Positions 18,870 to 28,823 are shown, counted from the stretch's first letter. The stretch: 32,000 nucleotides of DNA from Pseudoalteromonas translucida KMM 520 (GCF_001465295.1 NZ_CP011034.1:2970001-3002000); one strand, 5' to 3'. The notes: generated from the letters alone by a model not told the origin. Program-made: numbers and translations.

Positions 18870-19976
18870 ATGCTACGTTTTTGGTATAAAGAATTTCCGC
18901 AATACCCTAGAGATCATAAGGATTACTGGCGAACACGCTTAATTGCACATTCTTTATTGATCTGCAGCTGCTACTTTTTAATTTTAAGCTTGCTAAATAT
19001 TTTTTATTTTTCGAATTACGATATTGCACTTATTGATACCTTAGGACTTATAGCGTCATTAAGTATTTGTATATGGTTTAATAAAACAGGCCAGGTTAGT
19101 AGAGCAGCTTGGATTGTTGCATTAATGATAGTTAGCTTAATAATACTCTTTATAATATCGGCAAAGGGCCATGCTCATTCATTATTTTGGGCAACACTTA
19201 TTCCGCCTTTTACCTTTTTTTTAGTTGGCCGTAATTGGGGAAGTATATTAAGTAGCATTGCTTTTGGTATTTGTGCCTACCTTGTTTATTTACAGCAACA
19301 ACTATCAATTACCATAGGTTTATCTGCATTATTTAATTTTGTTGAAGTGTCTATTGCGCATGTTTTATTATTTAGGTTTTATGAAAAAACGCGTTTTTCA
19401 GCATACTCTCATCTTTCGAAGCGCAATGCCGAAATAAAACTACTCGCCGAAACCGATAAGCTCACCGGGCTATATAACAGGCAAAAATTTGATTTTGAAT
19501 TGTCGCAATTACTGAGTGAAAATAATAATGAGCAAAAATCAAATATAGTGATGATTTGCGACATAGACCACTTTAAAAAAGTAAACGACACTTATGGGCA
19601 TTTAGCGGGTGATAACGTGCTTAGTGAATTTGCTAATATTTTACAAAATAAGCTTACAAATAGTGCATTAATCGCACGCTGGGGCGGAGAAGAGTTTACT
19701 ATTATTCTTCGAGATAGCAGCCTAGATAACGCAATTAACGAAGCTGAAGAGTTAAGAGCGTTTATTGCCACTCATTTAATCGATAATAGGGCGTTAACTA
19801 TTAGTATTGGTATAGCTAAAGCACGTGATGACGACACTGCTTTACATCTTTTAGAACGCGCCGATAAAGCGCTTTATAAAGCAAAAGTACAAGGACGAGA
19901 TCAGGTATGTGTTGCTAGCGAAAACTTAACCAAAACTCACTATGAAAACACATTAAGTGAAACCGCTGCTATTTAA
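18870..19976 (+). CDS. Membrane-anchored diguanylate cyclase (GGDEF domain, GGEEF active site)
   Basis: The N-terminal ~170 aa contain about 5-6 predicted TM helices. The GGDEF domain follows (DKLTGLYNRQKF..., DIDHFKKVNDTYGHLAGD, RWGGEEF encoded at 19683-19697). The ORF track begins at a TTG (18867); the adjacent ATG at 18870 is the more likely start. Confidence 0.85.
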   Translation: MLRFWYKEFPQYPRDHKDYWRTRLIAHSLLICSCYFLILSLLNIFYFSNYDIALIDTLGLIASLSICIWFNKTGQVSRAAWIVALMIVSLIILFIISAKGHAHSLFWATLIPPFTFFLVGRNWGSILSSIAFGICAYLVYLQQQLSITIGLSALFNFVEVSIAHVLLFRFYEKTRFSAYSHLSKRNAEIKLLAETDKLTGLYNRQKFDFELSQLLSENNNEQKSNIVMICDIDHFKKVNDTYGHLAGDNVLSEFANILQNKLTNSALIARWGGEEFTIILRDSSLDNAINEAEELRAFIATHLIDNRALTISIGIAKARDDDTALHLLERADKALYKAKVQGRDQVCVASENLTKTHYENTLSETAAI

Positions 19977-20055
19977 AAGTTAGCTATAAATATTAGCGGT
20001 TAAAACCCAACAAACTTAATTAATTTTGTAACTACTTACTTATTATTTCGAAAAA

Positions 20056-21240
20056 TTAAGCATACTGTCCGGCAGCAAAACCACAGCTCCAGGCATACTG
20101 AAAATTATAGCCTCCTAGCCAGCCAGTTACATCGGTTACTTCGCCAATAAAATACAAGCCTTGTGATTTTTTTGCTTCAAAGGTTTTTGAACTTAGCTCA
20201 TCGGTATCTACACCGCCTAGCGTTACTTCCGCTGTTCTGTAACCTTCTGTACCATTTGGTTTAATTTGCCAAGCGTGAATATAATTTACTAACTCATCTA
20301 TTTGAGCATGTGTTAGCTGATTAATATTACAATCAGGAATTGCTTTACCCTCATGAAGAACTTCAATAAAACGTTTAGGTAAAATAGTGGCTAAGCTATT
20401 TTTTAACGATTTTTGGGATTGCGTTTCACGCAAATCGGCTAGCTGTTGTCTTAAATCTGTTTCGGGTAATAAATTAATAGTTACCGCCTGCCCGGCGCGC
20501 CAAAATGAGCTTATTTGCAATATAGCAGGGCCCGATAACCCTCTATGGGTAAATAAAATATTTTCTTTAAATGCAGTGCCATCTTCACTAGTAACATCGC
20601 ATAAAATACTTATACCTGAAAGCGCTTCAAAACGTTCTTTATCGTGCTGATGCAAAGTGAATGGTACAAGTGCCGCCATGGTTGGTAATACTTTTAGGCC
20701 AAACTGCTCTGCAATTTTATAGCCAATGGGTGTTGCACCTAGCTTAGGCATAGTTAAACCACCTGAGGCAATTACTAACGACTCACAATAAAATGTTTCA
20801 TGTTCGGTTACTACGCTATAACCTGTTTCAGTTTTTGAAACGCTGATTACTTCGTTACGCAACTTTATAGATACACCCGCCCACTCACACTCAGTGAGTA
20901 AAATATCAACAATATCTTGAGCGTTATTATCACAAAAAAGCTGACCTAGTGTTTTGTGGTGATAGGCTAAACCATGACGATCTACCAGTTCAATAAAGTC
21001 ATGTTGGGTATAACGACTTAAACATGATTTAACAAAATGAGGGTTGCCACACAAATAATTACTAGGGCTGGCATTTTCGTTGGTGAAGTTACAGCGCCCA
21101 CCGCCACTAATGAGTATTTTTCGACCTGGCTTTTTGCCCATATCAAGTACTGTAACACTACGGCCACGATATCCTGCTTGCGCTGCACACATTAAGCCAG
21201 CTGCTCCCGCACCAATTACTATCACATCTACTTGGGTCAT
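20056..21240 (-). CDS. yhiN: NAD(P)/FAD-dependent oxidoreductase of the HI0933/YhiN (BaiN-like) family
   Basis: The 394-aa ORF has the Rossmann motif VIVIGAGAAGLMCA. It also shows long colinear matches to E. coli YhiN as I remember it (GKKPGRKILISGGGRCNFTN, LLFTHRGLSGPAILQIS, GYRTAEVTLGGVDT, FIGEVTDVTGWLGGYNFQ). Confidence 0.8.
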   Translation of the reverse strand: MTQVDVIVIGAGAAGLMCAAQAGYRGRSVTVLDMGKKPGRKILISGGGRCNFTNENASPSNYLCGNPHFVKSCLSRYTQHDFIELVDRHGLAYHHKTLGQLFCDNNAQDIVDILLTECEWAGVSIKLRNEVISVSKTETGYSVVTEHETFYCESLVIASGGLTMPKLGATPIGYKIAEQFGLKVLPTMAALVPFTLHQHDKERFEALSGISILCDVTSEDGTAFKENILFTHRGLSGPAILQISSFWRAGQAVTINLLPETDLRQQLADLRETQSQKSLKNSLATILPKRFIEVLHEGKAIPDCNINQLTHAQIDELVNYIHAWQIKPNGTEGYRTAEVTLGGVDTDELSSKTFEAKKSQGLYFIGEVTDVTGWLGGYNFQYAWSCGFAAGQYA

Positions 21241-21552
21241 TTATTTATCTCATTAATTTTTTTTGATTATAACAAAATTTATGCACCGGCTGGACATCGA
21301 ATTGATTGTTTTTAATTGCACAACAAATAAAAATAAAAGTATTACTACGCAAACTTAAAACTAGTTATTTATACCTATATTTAAAAATATTAAAAGTACA
21401 AAGTAACTACAAGCCCGCTAATTATAAGGTTATAACCAAATGAAAGAAGCTAATAAGTAATTAATCTTTCAATTAAATTAACAGATCATTTACCTTTGTA
21501 CCCGCTTCGTGGATTTATGCTACGAAATAATAAATAAAAACTAAGGATAATC

Positions 21553-23688
21553 ATGACAACAAGTAAATCATTTAAAAAATGCGCAATAGCCTTTACTGTC
21601 AGCTCACTATTTGCTGCAACATCGAGTATTGCAACTCCTGCACAAGCAATCGCACCATCAATGGCCGAAACAACAGCTAAATTACAAAATCAAACTGGTT
21701 TTGAAACACAATTCATTATTAAATATAAAAATAACACTAATGATTTAGCTAGCTTTACAGCTACAGACACAGATGTAAGCCAATCGAATATGCAAAATAA
21801 AGCGCAGAGCTTTGTTAAAAATTACACCTCTAAAAAAGGTAAAGTAAAAGCTAAGTATATTCGTGCCATGGCGCTTAATAACCACCATGTAATGCGTGCA
21901 AGTAAAAAGCTAAACGCTCAAGAAGCACAGCAATTTATGCAAGAGATGCTTGAATCAGGCAATGTTGACTACATTGAAGTCGATCAAATGCTGCAACCGT
22001 TTGCAACGCCTAATGATCCACGATTTGACGACCAATGGCATTATTATGAACAAGCTGGTGGCTTAAACTTACCTACCGCATGGGATACAGCTACTGGCAG
22101 CGGTGTTGTTGTTGCTGTACTCGATACAGGCTATCGTCCTCATGTTGATTTAAACGCTAATATTTTACCCGGTTACGATATGATCTCGAATTTATCGGTG
22201 GCTAATGATGGTAATGGTCGCGATAGCGATGCCCGCGATCCAGGCGATGCAGTTGCTGCCAATGAATGTGGTACAAACGGTGCACAAAACTCTAGCTGGC
22301 ACGGTACACATGTAGCAGGCACTGTTGCTGCAGTTACTAATAATGGTGAGGGTGTTGCTGGGGTTGCTTACGGCGCCAAAGTAGTGCCTGTACGTGTACT
22401 AGGTAAATGTGGTGGTTTAACCTCTGATATTGCTGATGGCATTATTTGGGCTTCTGGTGGTAATGTATCTGGGCTACCGGCAAATGCCAATCCTGCTGAT
22501 GTAATAAATATGAGCTTAGGGGGCAGTGGCTCATGTAGTTCTACAACACAAAGTGCTATTAACACCGCACGTAATAACGGCACCGTAGTGGTAATTGCTG
22601 CCGGTAACGATAACGATAACTCAGCAAACTATAACCCAGGCAACTGTAATGGCGTGGTAAATGTAGCCTCGGTTGGCCGTAATGGCGGTCGTGCTTATTA
22701 CTCTAATTACGGTAGTAATATTGATGTTGCCGCACCGGGTGGTGCGCAAAGTTTTGCTAACGATTCTGAAGGTGTTTTATCGACTTATAATGCCGGTTCA
22801 TCAACCCCTTCTAGCGATAGCTACGGTTTTTCGCAGGGTACATCAATGGCAGCACCCCATGTTGCTGGCGTAGCGGCACTGATAAAACAAGCAAAGCCGA
22901 ATGCTACTCCCGATGAAATCGAAAATATTTTAAAAACAACCACCCGCTCGTTCCCTGCCACATGTACCAGCTGTGGTACCGGTATTGTTGATGCAGCTGC
23001 CGCCGTAGCTGCAGCAAGTGGTAGCACTGCACCACCACCAAGTGGTAATGAACTCCTTGATGGCGAAACTCAAACAGGTTTAAGCGGCGCAACTAACTCA
23101 GAAACATTTTATACAATGACGGTGCCCAGTGGCGCAACTAATGTCACTTTCACTATGAGTGGTGGCACCGGTGATGCCGATTTATACGTGCGCTCTGGCA
23201 GCAAGCCAACAACCTCTACATACGATTGTCGTCCATACAAGGGCGGTAACAACGAAGAGTGTTCAATCGATAACCCTGCATCAGGTACGTATCATGTGAT
23301 GCTACGAGGTTATTCTGCCTATTCTGGGATCAGCTTAACAGGTAATATTACAGCAGCTACAGGCGGGGGATCAGGCACACCTCAAGCAGGTGGTGGCACT
23401 GTAAGCGATGTAAGTGCTAATGCAGGTCAATGGAAGCATTACACGCTAGACGTGCCTGCAGGTATGGCTACATTTACAGTAACAACAAGCGGTGGCACAG
23501 GCGATGCTGATTTGTTTGTTAAGTTTGGCAGTCAGCCCACGACATCGAGTTACGATTGTCGCCCATATAAAAATGGTAATGCCGAAACCTGTACTTTCTC
23601 TAACCCACAAGCGGGTACGTGGCACTTAAGTGTTAACGCGTACAAAACCTTCTCGGGCTTAACACTTAGCGGACAATATCAGCCTTAA
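21553..23688 (+). CDS. Secreted subtilisin-family (S8) serine protease precursor: signal peptide, I9-like propeptide, catalytic domain, two C-terminal PPC domains
   Basis: The 711-aa ORF has a signal peptide (...ATPAQA/IAP). The catalytic triad motifs are VAVLDTGY (Asp codon 22123-22125), HGTHVAGT (His codon 22300-22302) and GTSMAAPHVAG (Ser codon 22843-22845). Two repeated ~95-aa C-terminal modules follow. The architecture matches the two-PPC subtilases described from Pseudoalteromonas. Confidence 0.9.
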   Translation: MTTSKSFKKCAIAFTVSSLFAATSSIATPAQAIAPSMAETTAKLQNQTGFETQFIIKYKNNTNDLASFTATDTDVSQSNMQNKAQSFVKNYTSKKGKVKAKYIRAMALNNHHVMRASKKLNAQEAQQFMQEMLESGNVDYIEVDQMLQPFATPNDPRFDDQWHYYEQAGGLNLPTAWDTATGSGVVVAVLDTGYRPHVDLNANILPGYDMISNLSVANDGNGRDSDARDPGDAVAANECGTNGAQNSSWHGTHVAGTVAAVTNNGEGVAGVAYGAKVVPVRVLGKCGGLTSDIADGIIWASGGNVSGLPANANPADVINMSLGGSGSCSSTTQSAINTARNNGTVVVIAAGNDNDNSANYNPGNCNGVVNVASVGRNGGRAYYSNYGSNIDVAAPGGAQSFANDSEGVLSTYNAGSSTPSSDSYGFSQGTSMAAPHVAGVAALIKQAKPNATPDEIENILKTTTRSFPATCTSCGTGIVDAAAAVAAASGSTAPPPSGNELLDGETQTGLSGATNSETFYTMTVPSGATNVTFTMSGGTGDADLYVRSGSKPTTSTYDCRPYKGGNNEECSIDNPASGTYHVMLRGYSAYSGISLTGNITAATGGGSGTPQAGGGTVSDVSANAGQWKHYTLDVPAGMATFTVTTSGGTGDADLFVKFGSQPTTSSYDCRPYKNGNAETCTFSNPQAGTWHLSVNAYKTFSGLTLSGQYQP
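23041..23685 (+). repeat. Intragenic tandem duplication encoding two PPC (pre-peptidase C-terminal) domains
   Basis: Module 1 lies at about 23041-23343 and reads ...TFTMSGGTGDADLYVRSGSKPTTSTYDCRPYKGGNNEECSIDNPASGTYHVMLRGYSAYSGISLTG. Module 2 lies at about 23392-23685 and reads ...TFTVTTSGGTGDADLFVKFGSQPTTSSYDCRPYKNGNAETCTFSNPQAGTWHLSVNAYKTFSGLTLSG. A Gly-rich linker joins them. Confidence 0.8.
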
Positions 23689-23702
23689 TAAGCAATAATT
23701 AC

Positions 23703-23733
23703 AAAAGCCGATGTTGCATCAACATCGGCTTTT
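23703..23733. terminator. Bidirectional terminator between the convergent protease and peroxiredoxin genes
   Basis: The 14-bp perfect stem aaaagccgatgttg-cat-caacatcggctttt has A/T runs on both sides. Confidence 0.85.
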
Positions 23734-23757
23734 GTATTTTCAAATCGCTAATATGTT

Positions 23758-24231
23758 CTATAGTTTTTCTAAAACAGCAGCGGCACGACTAACCACAAAC
23801 TCTTTTTCTTGCTCTACAAATAAACCGGTTACTACACCATTTTCCACAATCATTGCGTAACGCTTTGAACGCATACCGCCAAACCCTGCCGTATTCATAT
23901 CAAGGCCTAATGCTTTAGTAAAACTCGCATCGCCGTCTGCCAGCATGGCTATTTCTTGTGCATTTTGTGATGCTCCCCATGCTTTCATAACAAACGCATC
24001 ATTTACCGATACACAATAAATTGCATCAACGCCCTTTGCTTTTATTTTATCTGCCAGAGTAATAAACTCTGGTAAGTGAGCATTTGAACAGGTAGGTGTA
24101 AACGCACCGGGGACTGCAAACAATACAACTTTTTTATCTGCAAATAATTCACTGTTAGTCAGTGTTTGCATACCATCGTCGGTTAACTGGCTTAGCGCAA
24201 CCGAGGGAAGAGTTTGACCTTGTACAATCAT
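23758..24231 (-). CDS. Peroxiredoxin, Prx5 (type V / glutaredoxin-dependent-like) subfamily
   Basis: The 157-aa ORF has the peroxidatic Cys motif PGAFTPTCS, and its length and layout are typical of Prx5-type peroxiredoxins. An AAGGA SD is present. Confidence 0.9.
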   Translation of the reverse strand: MIVQGQTLPSVALSQLTDDGMQTLTNSELFADKKVVLFAVPGAFTPTCSNAHLPEFITLADKIKAKGVDAIYCVSVNDAFVMKAWGASQNAQEIAMLADGDASFTKALGLDMNTAGFGGMRSKRYAMIVENGVVTGLFVEQEKEFVVSRAAAVLEKL

Positions 24232-24323
24232 TATAAATCCTTCATCTTATAAAATAAAACCAGCATACAGCTTAGCACATAGAATTTAGAGCATGATATA
24301 AGATGAGCGCTAAAGCTAATTTA

Positions 24324-26249
24324 TTACAACCCCAAGCCCCCTTTAATAGTATGAATTTGTTGCTGTAGCTGATGGCGTATATCATCCACCAACGAGCTCG
24401 ACTCACTTACTTGCCCCTTCATTTCAGCCATTGACTGACTAAAGTTATCTAATAAATTGCTTTGCTGCTTAGCAAGCTCCATCGCCTCAAACGCTACTTT
24501 ATTAGCATTTTGCGCATTACTTGCCACCGCCTCCGAATTTAACTTAAGCTCTTGGGCATTTTGTGTTTGCGATTGAGCACCTTGGGTTAATGCCGTTATT
24601 TGCGTAGTAACTAGCCGTGAGTTTTCACTCAGTATGGTGAGCTGCCCATTTATCTCGCTCAGCGAGCCTTGCGTTTGCCGTGCCAATTGCCTAACTTCAT
24701 CTGCCACTACTGCAAAGCCGCGACCATGCTCACCTGCCCTAGCTGATTCTATTGCTGCATTAAGCGCAAGTAAGTTGGTTTGCTCTGCAATATTACGTAT
24801 TACTTCTATAATTTTACTTACGCCTTCAACACCATTAAGCAGCTCTTGTAAGCTTTGTATACTGCGTTCAACCCGTGCCTGTGTATCGGCACTCGCACTT
24901 AACATACTTTGCGCAAATCCTAAGCTTTGCTCCATGGCACTAAAGGTGCTTTGTGCGTTATCAGCTACTTGTGTATTAATATTATTAACTTGCTCTCCAA
25001 TCTGCTGAATATCGGTTAGCAAATACTGATTTTGTTCCACTTGTCCGTAACTCGTAGTAGTTTGCTGCTCAATCGTCTGTAAATGTTTACTCATTTGCTG
25101 CATAAAAGCATTCACTACTTTTAGCATTTGCGCTCGCTCTTGTGCTTCTATGCGCTGGCGTTCAATTAGCTGATTAAAGTATTGGGCTATTTCCCCGACC
25201 TCGGTTTTTGGATTATTACTGACAATATTTTTAAGCTCATTTGTTTCAATTAAAAATGCAAATCCGTCGCGCAACCGTCGAAGAGGATTAAGTACCAGAT
25301 TACGCTGAACAATATAAACACCGCCAGCAAGTATAACGAGTCCACTAATAGCAACACAAAAAACCCAAAATACTTGCTGCTTTAAATTATCTTGTTGTGT
25401 TTTTAGTGCTTGCTCTGCATTTATCACTGTTTTAGATAAATTACTAAGCTGCGTGCGCAATTCATCGGCCCCCGTCTGTCGTTGTTGCGCCTGAGTTAAT
25501 GTACTGGTTAAATCCCGAGGATAGCGATTTGGCCAACTACTTAATTCTGATTTTATATCAGTAGCTAAATCTTCACTTTGCTCGTCAATAAATAAACTAT
25601 ACTCATCTACTTTATCCATCACACCTAAGTTTGGTAGCTGCTCTATTTTTGCTGCTAATACATTTAAATTTTTCACACTTTGTTGCAAACTCTGCTCTAC
25701 GCTCTGCTGGTAATCTAGCACCAGTTGATAACTAAATAATGATAAGTTAATCACTTCACTATAATACTCATTGGCCAATTTATAATAACTAAGCGTGTCG
25801 TGACTTTTATCCGAAGCTGAGCGCGCATAACTAATTAACGAGGATGCCGAACCAGCCATTTGCCTTAGCGCATTATCAAGTAAAGCCGTTTCGTTACCAG
25901 AGAGCTTACCCAAGGCTCTATATTTACCGTTTATATCATTATGTAGAGTATTTAATTGCTCAGTAAGTTGTGATTTAAGAGTCACTGGTAATAGCGTTAA
26001 CTGTTTTTGCTCTACTTGCGAAATTAAACTTGAGGCTTGTGTTAAGTATTGGCTATCGCCTTGTGCTAAGTAATTACTTAAGTAACTCGATAAATCAACC
26101 ATAATCGTATTTTTAAGCTGTCTATATGCACTGTCTTGCTGCTCTAGTTTAAGTAAAGTTTGACTGGCCCAAAGTAGAGTCATAGCTAATAAAACACTCG
26201 CGAGAGTTAACAAAACAGCCAGTAAGCGGGTAAATGTAGAGGCGCGCAT
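24324..26249 (-). CDS. Methyl-accepting chemotaxis protein (second copy, large helical periplasmic domain)
   Basis: The 641-aa ORF has TM1 [20 protein letters not shown], then about 270 aa of periplasmic helical region. TM2 is [22 protein letters not shown]. The conserved hairpin is [35 protein letters not shown]. An AGGGA SD lies 8 nt upstream. Confidence 0.9.
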   Translation of the reverse strand: MRASTFTRLLAVLLTLASVLLAMTLLWASQTLLKLEQQDSAYRQLKNTIMVDLSSYLSNYLAQGDSQYLTQASSLISQVEQKQLTLLPVTLKSQLTEQLNTLHNDINGKYRALGKLSGNETALLDNALRQMAGSASSLISYARSASDKSHDTLSYYKLANEYYSEVINLSLFSYQLVLDYQQSVEQSLQQSVKNLNVLAAKIEQLPNLGVMDKVDEYSLFIDEQSEDLATDIKSELSSWPNRYPRDLTSTLTQAQQRQTGADELRTQLSNLSKTVINAEQALKTQQDNLKQQVFWVFCVAISGLVILAGGVYIVQRNLVLNPLRRLRDGFAFLIETNELKNIVSNNPKTEVGEIAQYFNQLIERQRIEAQERAQMLKVVNAFMQQMSKHLQTIEQQTTTSYGQVEQNQYLLTDIQQIGEQVNNINTQVADNAQSTFSAMEQSLGFAQSMLSASADTQARVERSIQSLQELLNGVEGVSKIIEVIRNIAEQTNLLALNAAIESARAGEHGRGFAVVADEVRQLARQTQGSLSEINGQLTILSENSRLVTTQITALTQGAQSQTQNAQELKLNSEAVASNAQNANKVAFEAMELAKQQSNLLDNFSQSMAEMKGQVSESSSLVDDIRHQLQQQIHTIKGGLGL

Positions 26250-26594
26250 AAATAAATCCCTAAAATCATATGCGCGTAGAATATTGAATATTTATGACAG
26301 TTTAATGGCAAATACGACTAATTATATTAAATTCGTGAGCAGCCACAGCACTTAGGATCACCTTATTAACAATTAAAAATAATGAGTTATAATTATTTTG
26401 TGTGATTATTCCTGCATTACTCTACATTCTGTATCTATGCAGTCAGCATAAGTTCTTTTCAACACAATAAGTAAGTTAATAAGCAAGTAGGGTCATGTTT
26501 TTAATAAGGTTGGCGTTTGTGTTAGGGGAGTTTGAATTACAGCACCAGAACAGTGTGCTGTGTTATTTAAAATTATTTATAAAAATATAGGCAT

Positions 26595-26620
26595 AAAAAA
26601 CCACGTATAAAACGTGGTTT
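26595..26620 (-). terminator. Rho-independent terminator after the small secreted-protein gene
   Basis: The stem-loop is aaaccacgt-ataaa-acgtggttt. On the minus strand the stem is followed by tttttt. Confidence 0.7.
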
Positions 26621-26639
26621 AATCGTATTTATTGTAAAA

Positions 26640-27017
26640 TTAAAGGCCTGCGCGCTCTTTAATTATCGCAATTAAGGGCGATCCTGAATGACCGTTCGAT
26701 TCAGCCCATGATATATCAGCACCATCTTCTAGCGAGCTTTTAGATAAGTTTTTTACTATGTATTCACCGGTGTCTAATGCATTACTTGCCACTGCATGAC
26801 GTAATAAATTATTACCGTTACAAAATACTGCGTCGTATATATTACGAACTTTCACTCGTGAGCTTTTAAGTTTACTACGTAAACGATTTTTATCATCCGC
26901 TGCAATATACTCACAGATAGAAATCGCTAACTGATCATCTGCTTGTGCAGGGGCAGTATATACAAACGAACCGGCTGCAAGTGCAGTAATAACAACTAGC
27001 TTTGATAACTTAATCAT
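26640..27017 (-). CDS. Small secreted protein of unknown function (resembles the DUF3718 family, from memory only)
   Basis: The start is re-set to the ATG at 27017 (MIKLSKLVVITALAAGSFVYTAPAQA/DD, a clear Sec signal peptide). An AAGGG SD lies 7 nt upstream. The mature protein is about 100 aa with two Cys (ISICEY..., VFCNGNNLLRHA). The 25-codon upstream extension in the ORF track lacks an SD. Confidence 0.7.
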   Translation of the reverse strand: MIKLSKLVVITALAAGSFVYTAPAQADDQLAISICEYIAADDKNRLRSKLKSSRVKVRNIYDAVFCNGNNLLRHAVASNALDTGEYIVKNLSKSSLEDGADISWAESNGHSGSPLIAIIKERAGL

Positions 27018-27097
27018 GTAAAACCCTTTTTTATAATACTTTATTCCTATTGGATTAGTTAATATTGTATCAATATGCTCAGTATTTCGCAATAATG

Positions 27098-27589
27098 TTA
27101 AGAACTTTTATATAAAGTTACAAATCTATGACTATATTGATTTTTTTCATCCGCAGCCATTTTCACTTCATCTTTAACCTGCCAGTTTGCTGCTTTTTCG
27201 TAATCAGGAAACTGAGTATCACCTTCAACATCTAAGTCTATAAAGGTTAAATAAAGCCTTTGCGCACTTTCTAAAAATTGTTGATAAATATTTCCACCAC
27301 CAATGACCATCACCTCTTCCACATCTGCAACTAAATTTAACGCGGCCTCTGGCGTTGTAGCAACTTCTATTCCAGTTGCTTGATACTGGCTATTACGGGT
27401 AATAATTATATTACGACGCCCTGGTAAAGGCCGCCCAATAGACTCAAATGTTTTGCGCCCCATAACCACAGGTTTACCTGTGGTTATTTTTTTAAAATGC
27501 TGTAAGTCTCCTGGTAAATGCCAAGGCATTGTATTATTAAGGCCAATTACACGGTTATTTGCCATTGCAGCAATCATTGAAATTATCAC
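27098..27589 (-). CDS. folA: Dihydrofolate reductase
   Basis: The sequence ...IISMIAAMANNRVIGLNNTMPWHLPGDLQHFKKITTGKPVVMGRKTFESIGRPLPGRRNIII... is colinear with E. coli FolA. The ORF-track TTG start (27619) lies inside the obg terminator T-run. A GTG at 27589 gives MIISMIAAMA, which matches the family N-terminus. An ATG at 27577 (159 aa) is the alternative. Confidence 0.88.
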   Translation of the reverse strand: MIISMIAAMANNRVIGLNNTMPWHLPGDLQHFKKITTGKPVVMGRKTFESIGRPLPGRRNIIITRNSQYQATGIEVATTPEAALNLVADVEEVMVIGGGNIYQQFLESAQRLYLTFIDLDVEGDTQFPDYEKAANWQVKDEVKMAADEKNQYSHRFVTLYKSS

Positions 27590-27622
27590 ACTAATTATCC
27601 AGTATTTATTATTAAACAAAGA

Positions 27623-27644
27623 AAAAGGAGCATAAGCTCCTTTT
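27623..27644 (-). terminator. Rho-independent terminator after obgE
   Basis: The stem-loop is aaaaggagc-ataa-gctcctttt. On the minus strand the stem is followed by tttttctttgttt. Confidence 0.6.
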
Positions 27645-27662
27645 ATATGTAATTAATTATAA

Positions 27663-28823
<1,161 letters not shown>

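Noticed and set aside
17785-19867. Additional exact GCCGATAA octamers (the sigma-28 -10 consensus) lie at 17785-17792, 18475-18482 and 19860-19867.
   Set aside because: All three are inside coding sequence, arising from Ala-Asp-Lys codons, and none has a -35-like element. This is why the intergenic hit at 9450 is rated only 0.4.
21241-21552. I considered a possible c-di-GMP (GEMM) riboswitch or other riboswitch in the long AT-rich leader of the S8 protease gene. The trigger was 'acgcaaac' at about 21347-21354.
   Set aside because: The GC-rich paired elements and the GGCAAAC / GACGCAAAGCC-type conserved cores of GEMM-I are absent. The region is nearly unstructured AT-rich DNA.
9492-26249. I considered the two MCP genes as a large inverted repeat pair that could drive inversion of the intervening 13 kb.
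   Set aside because: Similarity is confined to the conserved signalling hairpin and is mostly at protein level; I saw only short runs of about 15 nt of identity. The sensor domains are unrelated in sequence. This is insufficient for homologous recombination claims.
26495-26590. A 31-codon ORF (MFLIRLAFVLGEFELQHQNSVLCYLKLFIKI) lies in the MCP2 upstream region. A 27-32-codon minus-strand ORF also lies upstream of obg, overlapping its start (about 28806-28905).
   Set aside because: Neither has a Shine-Dalgarno sequence or recognisable features, and both are AT-rich intergenic DNA. They are kept only as context for the non-coding findings.
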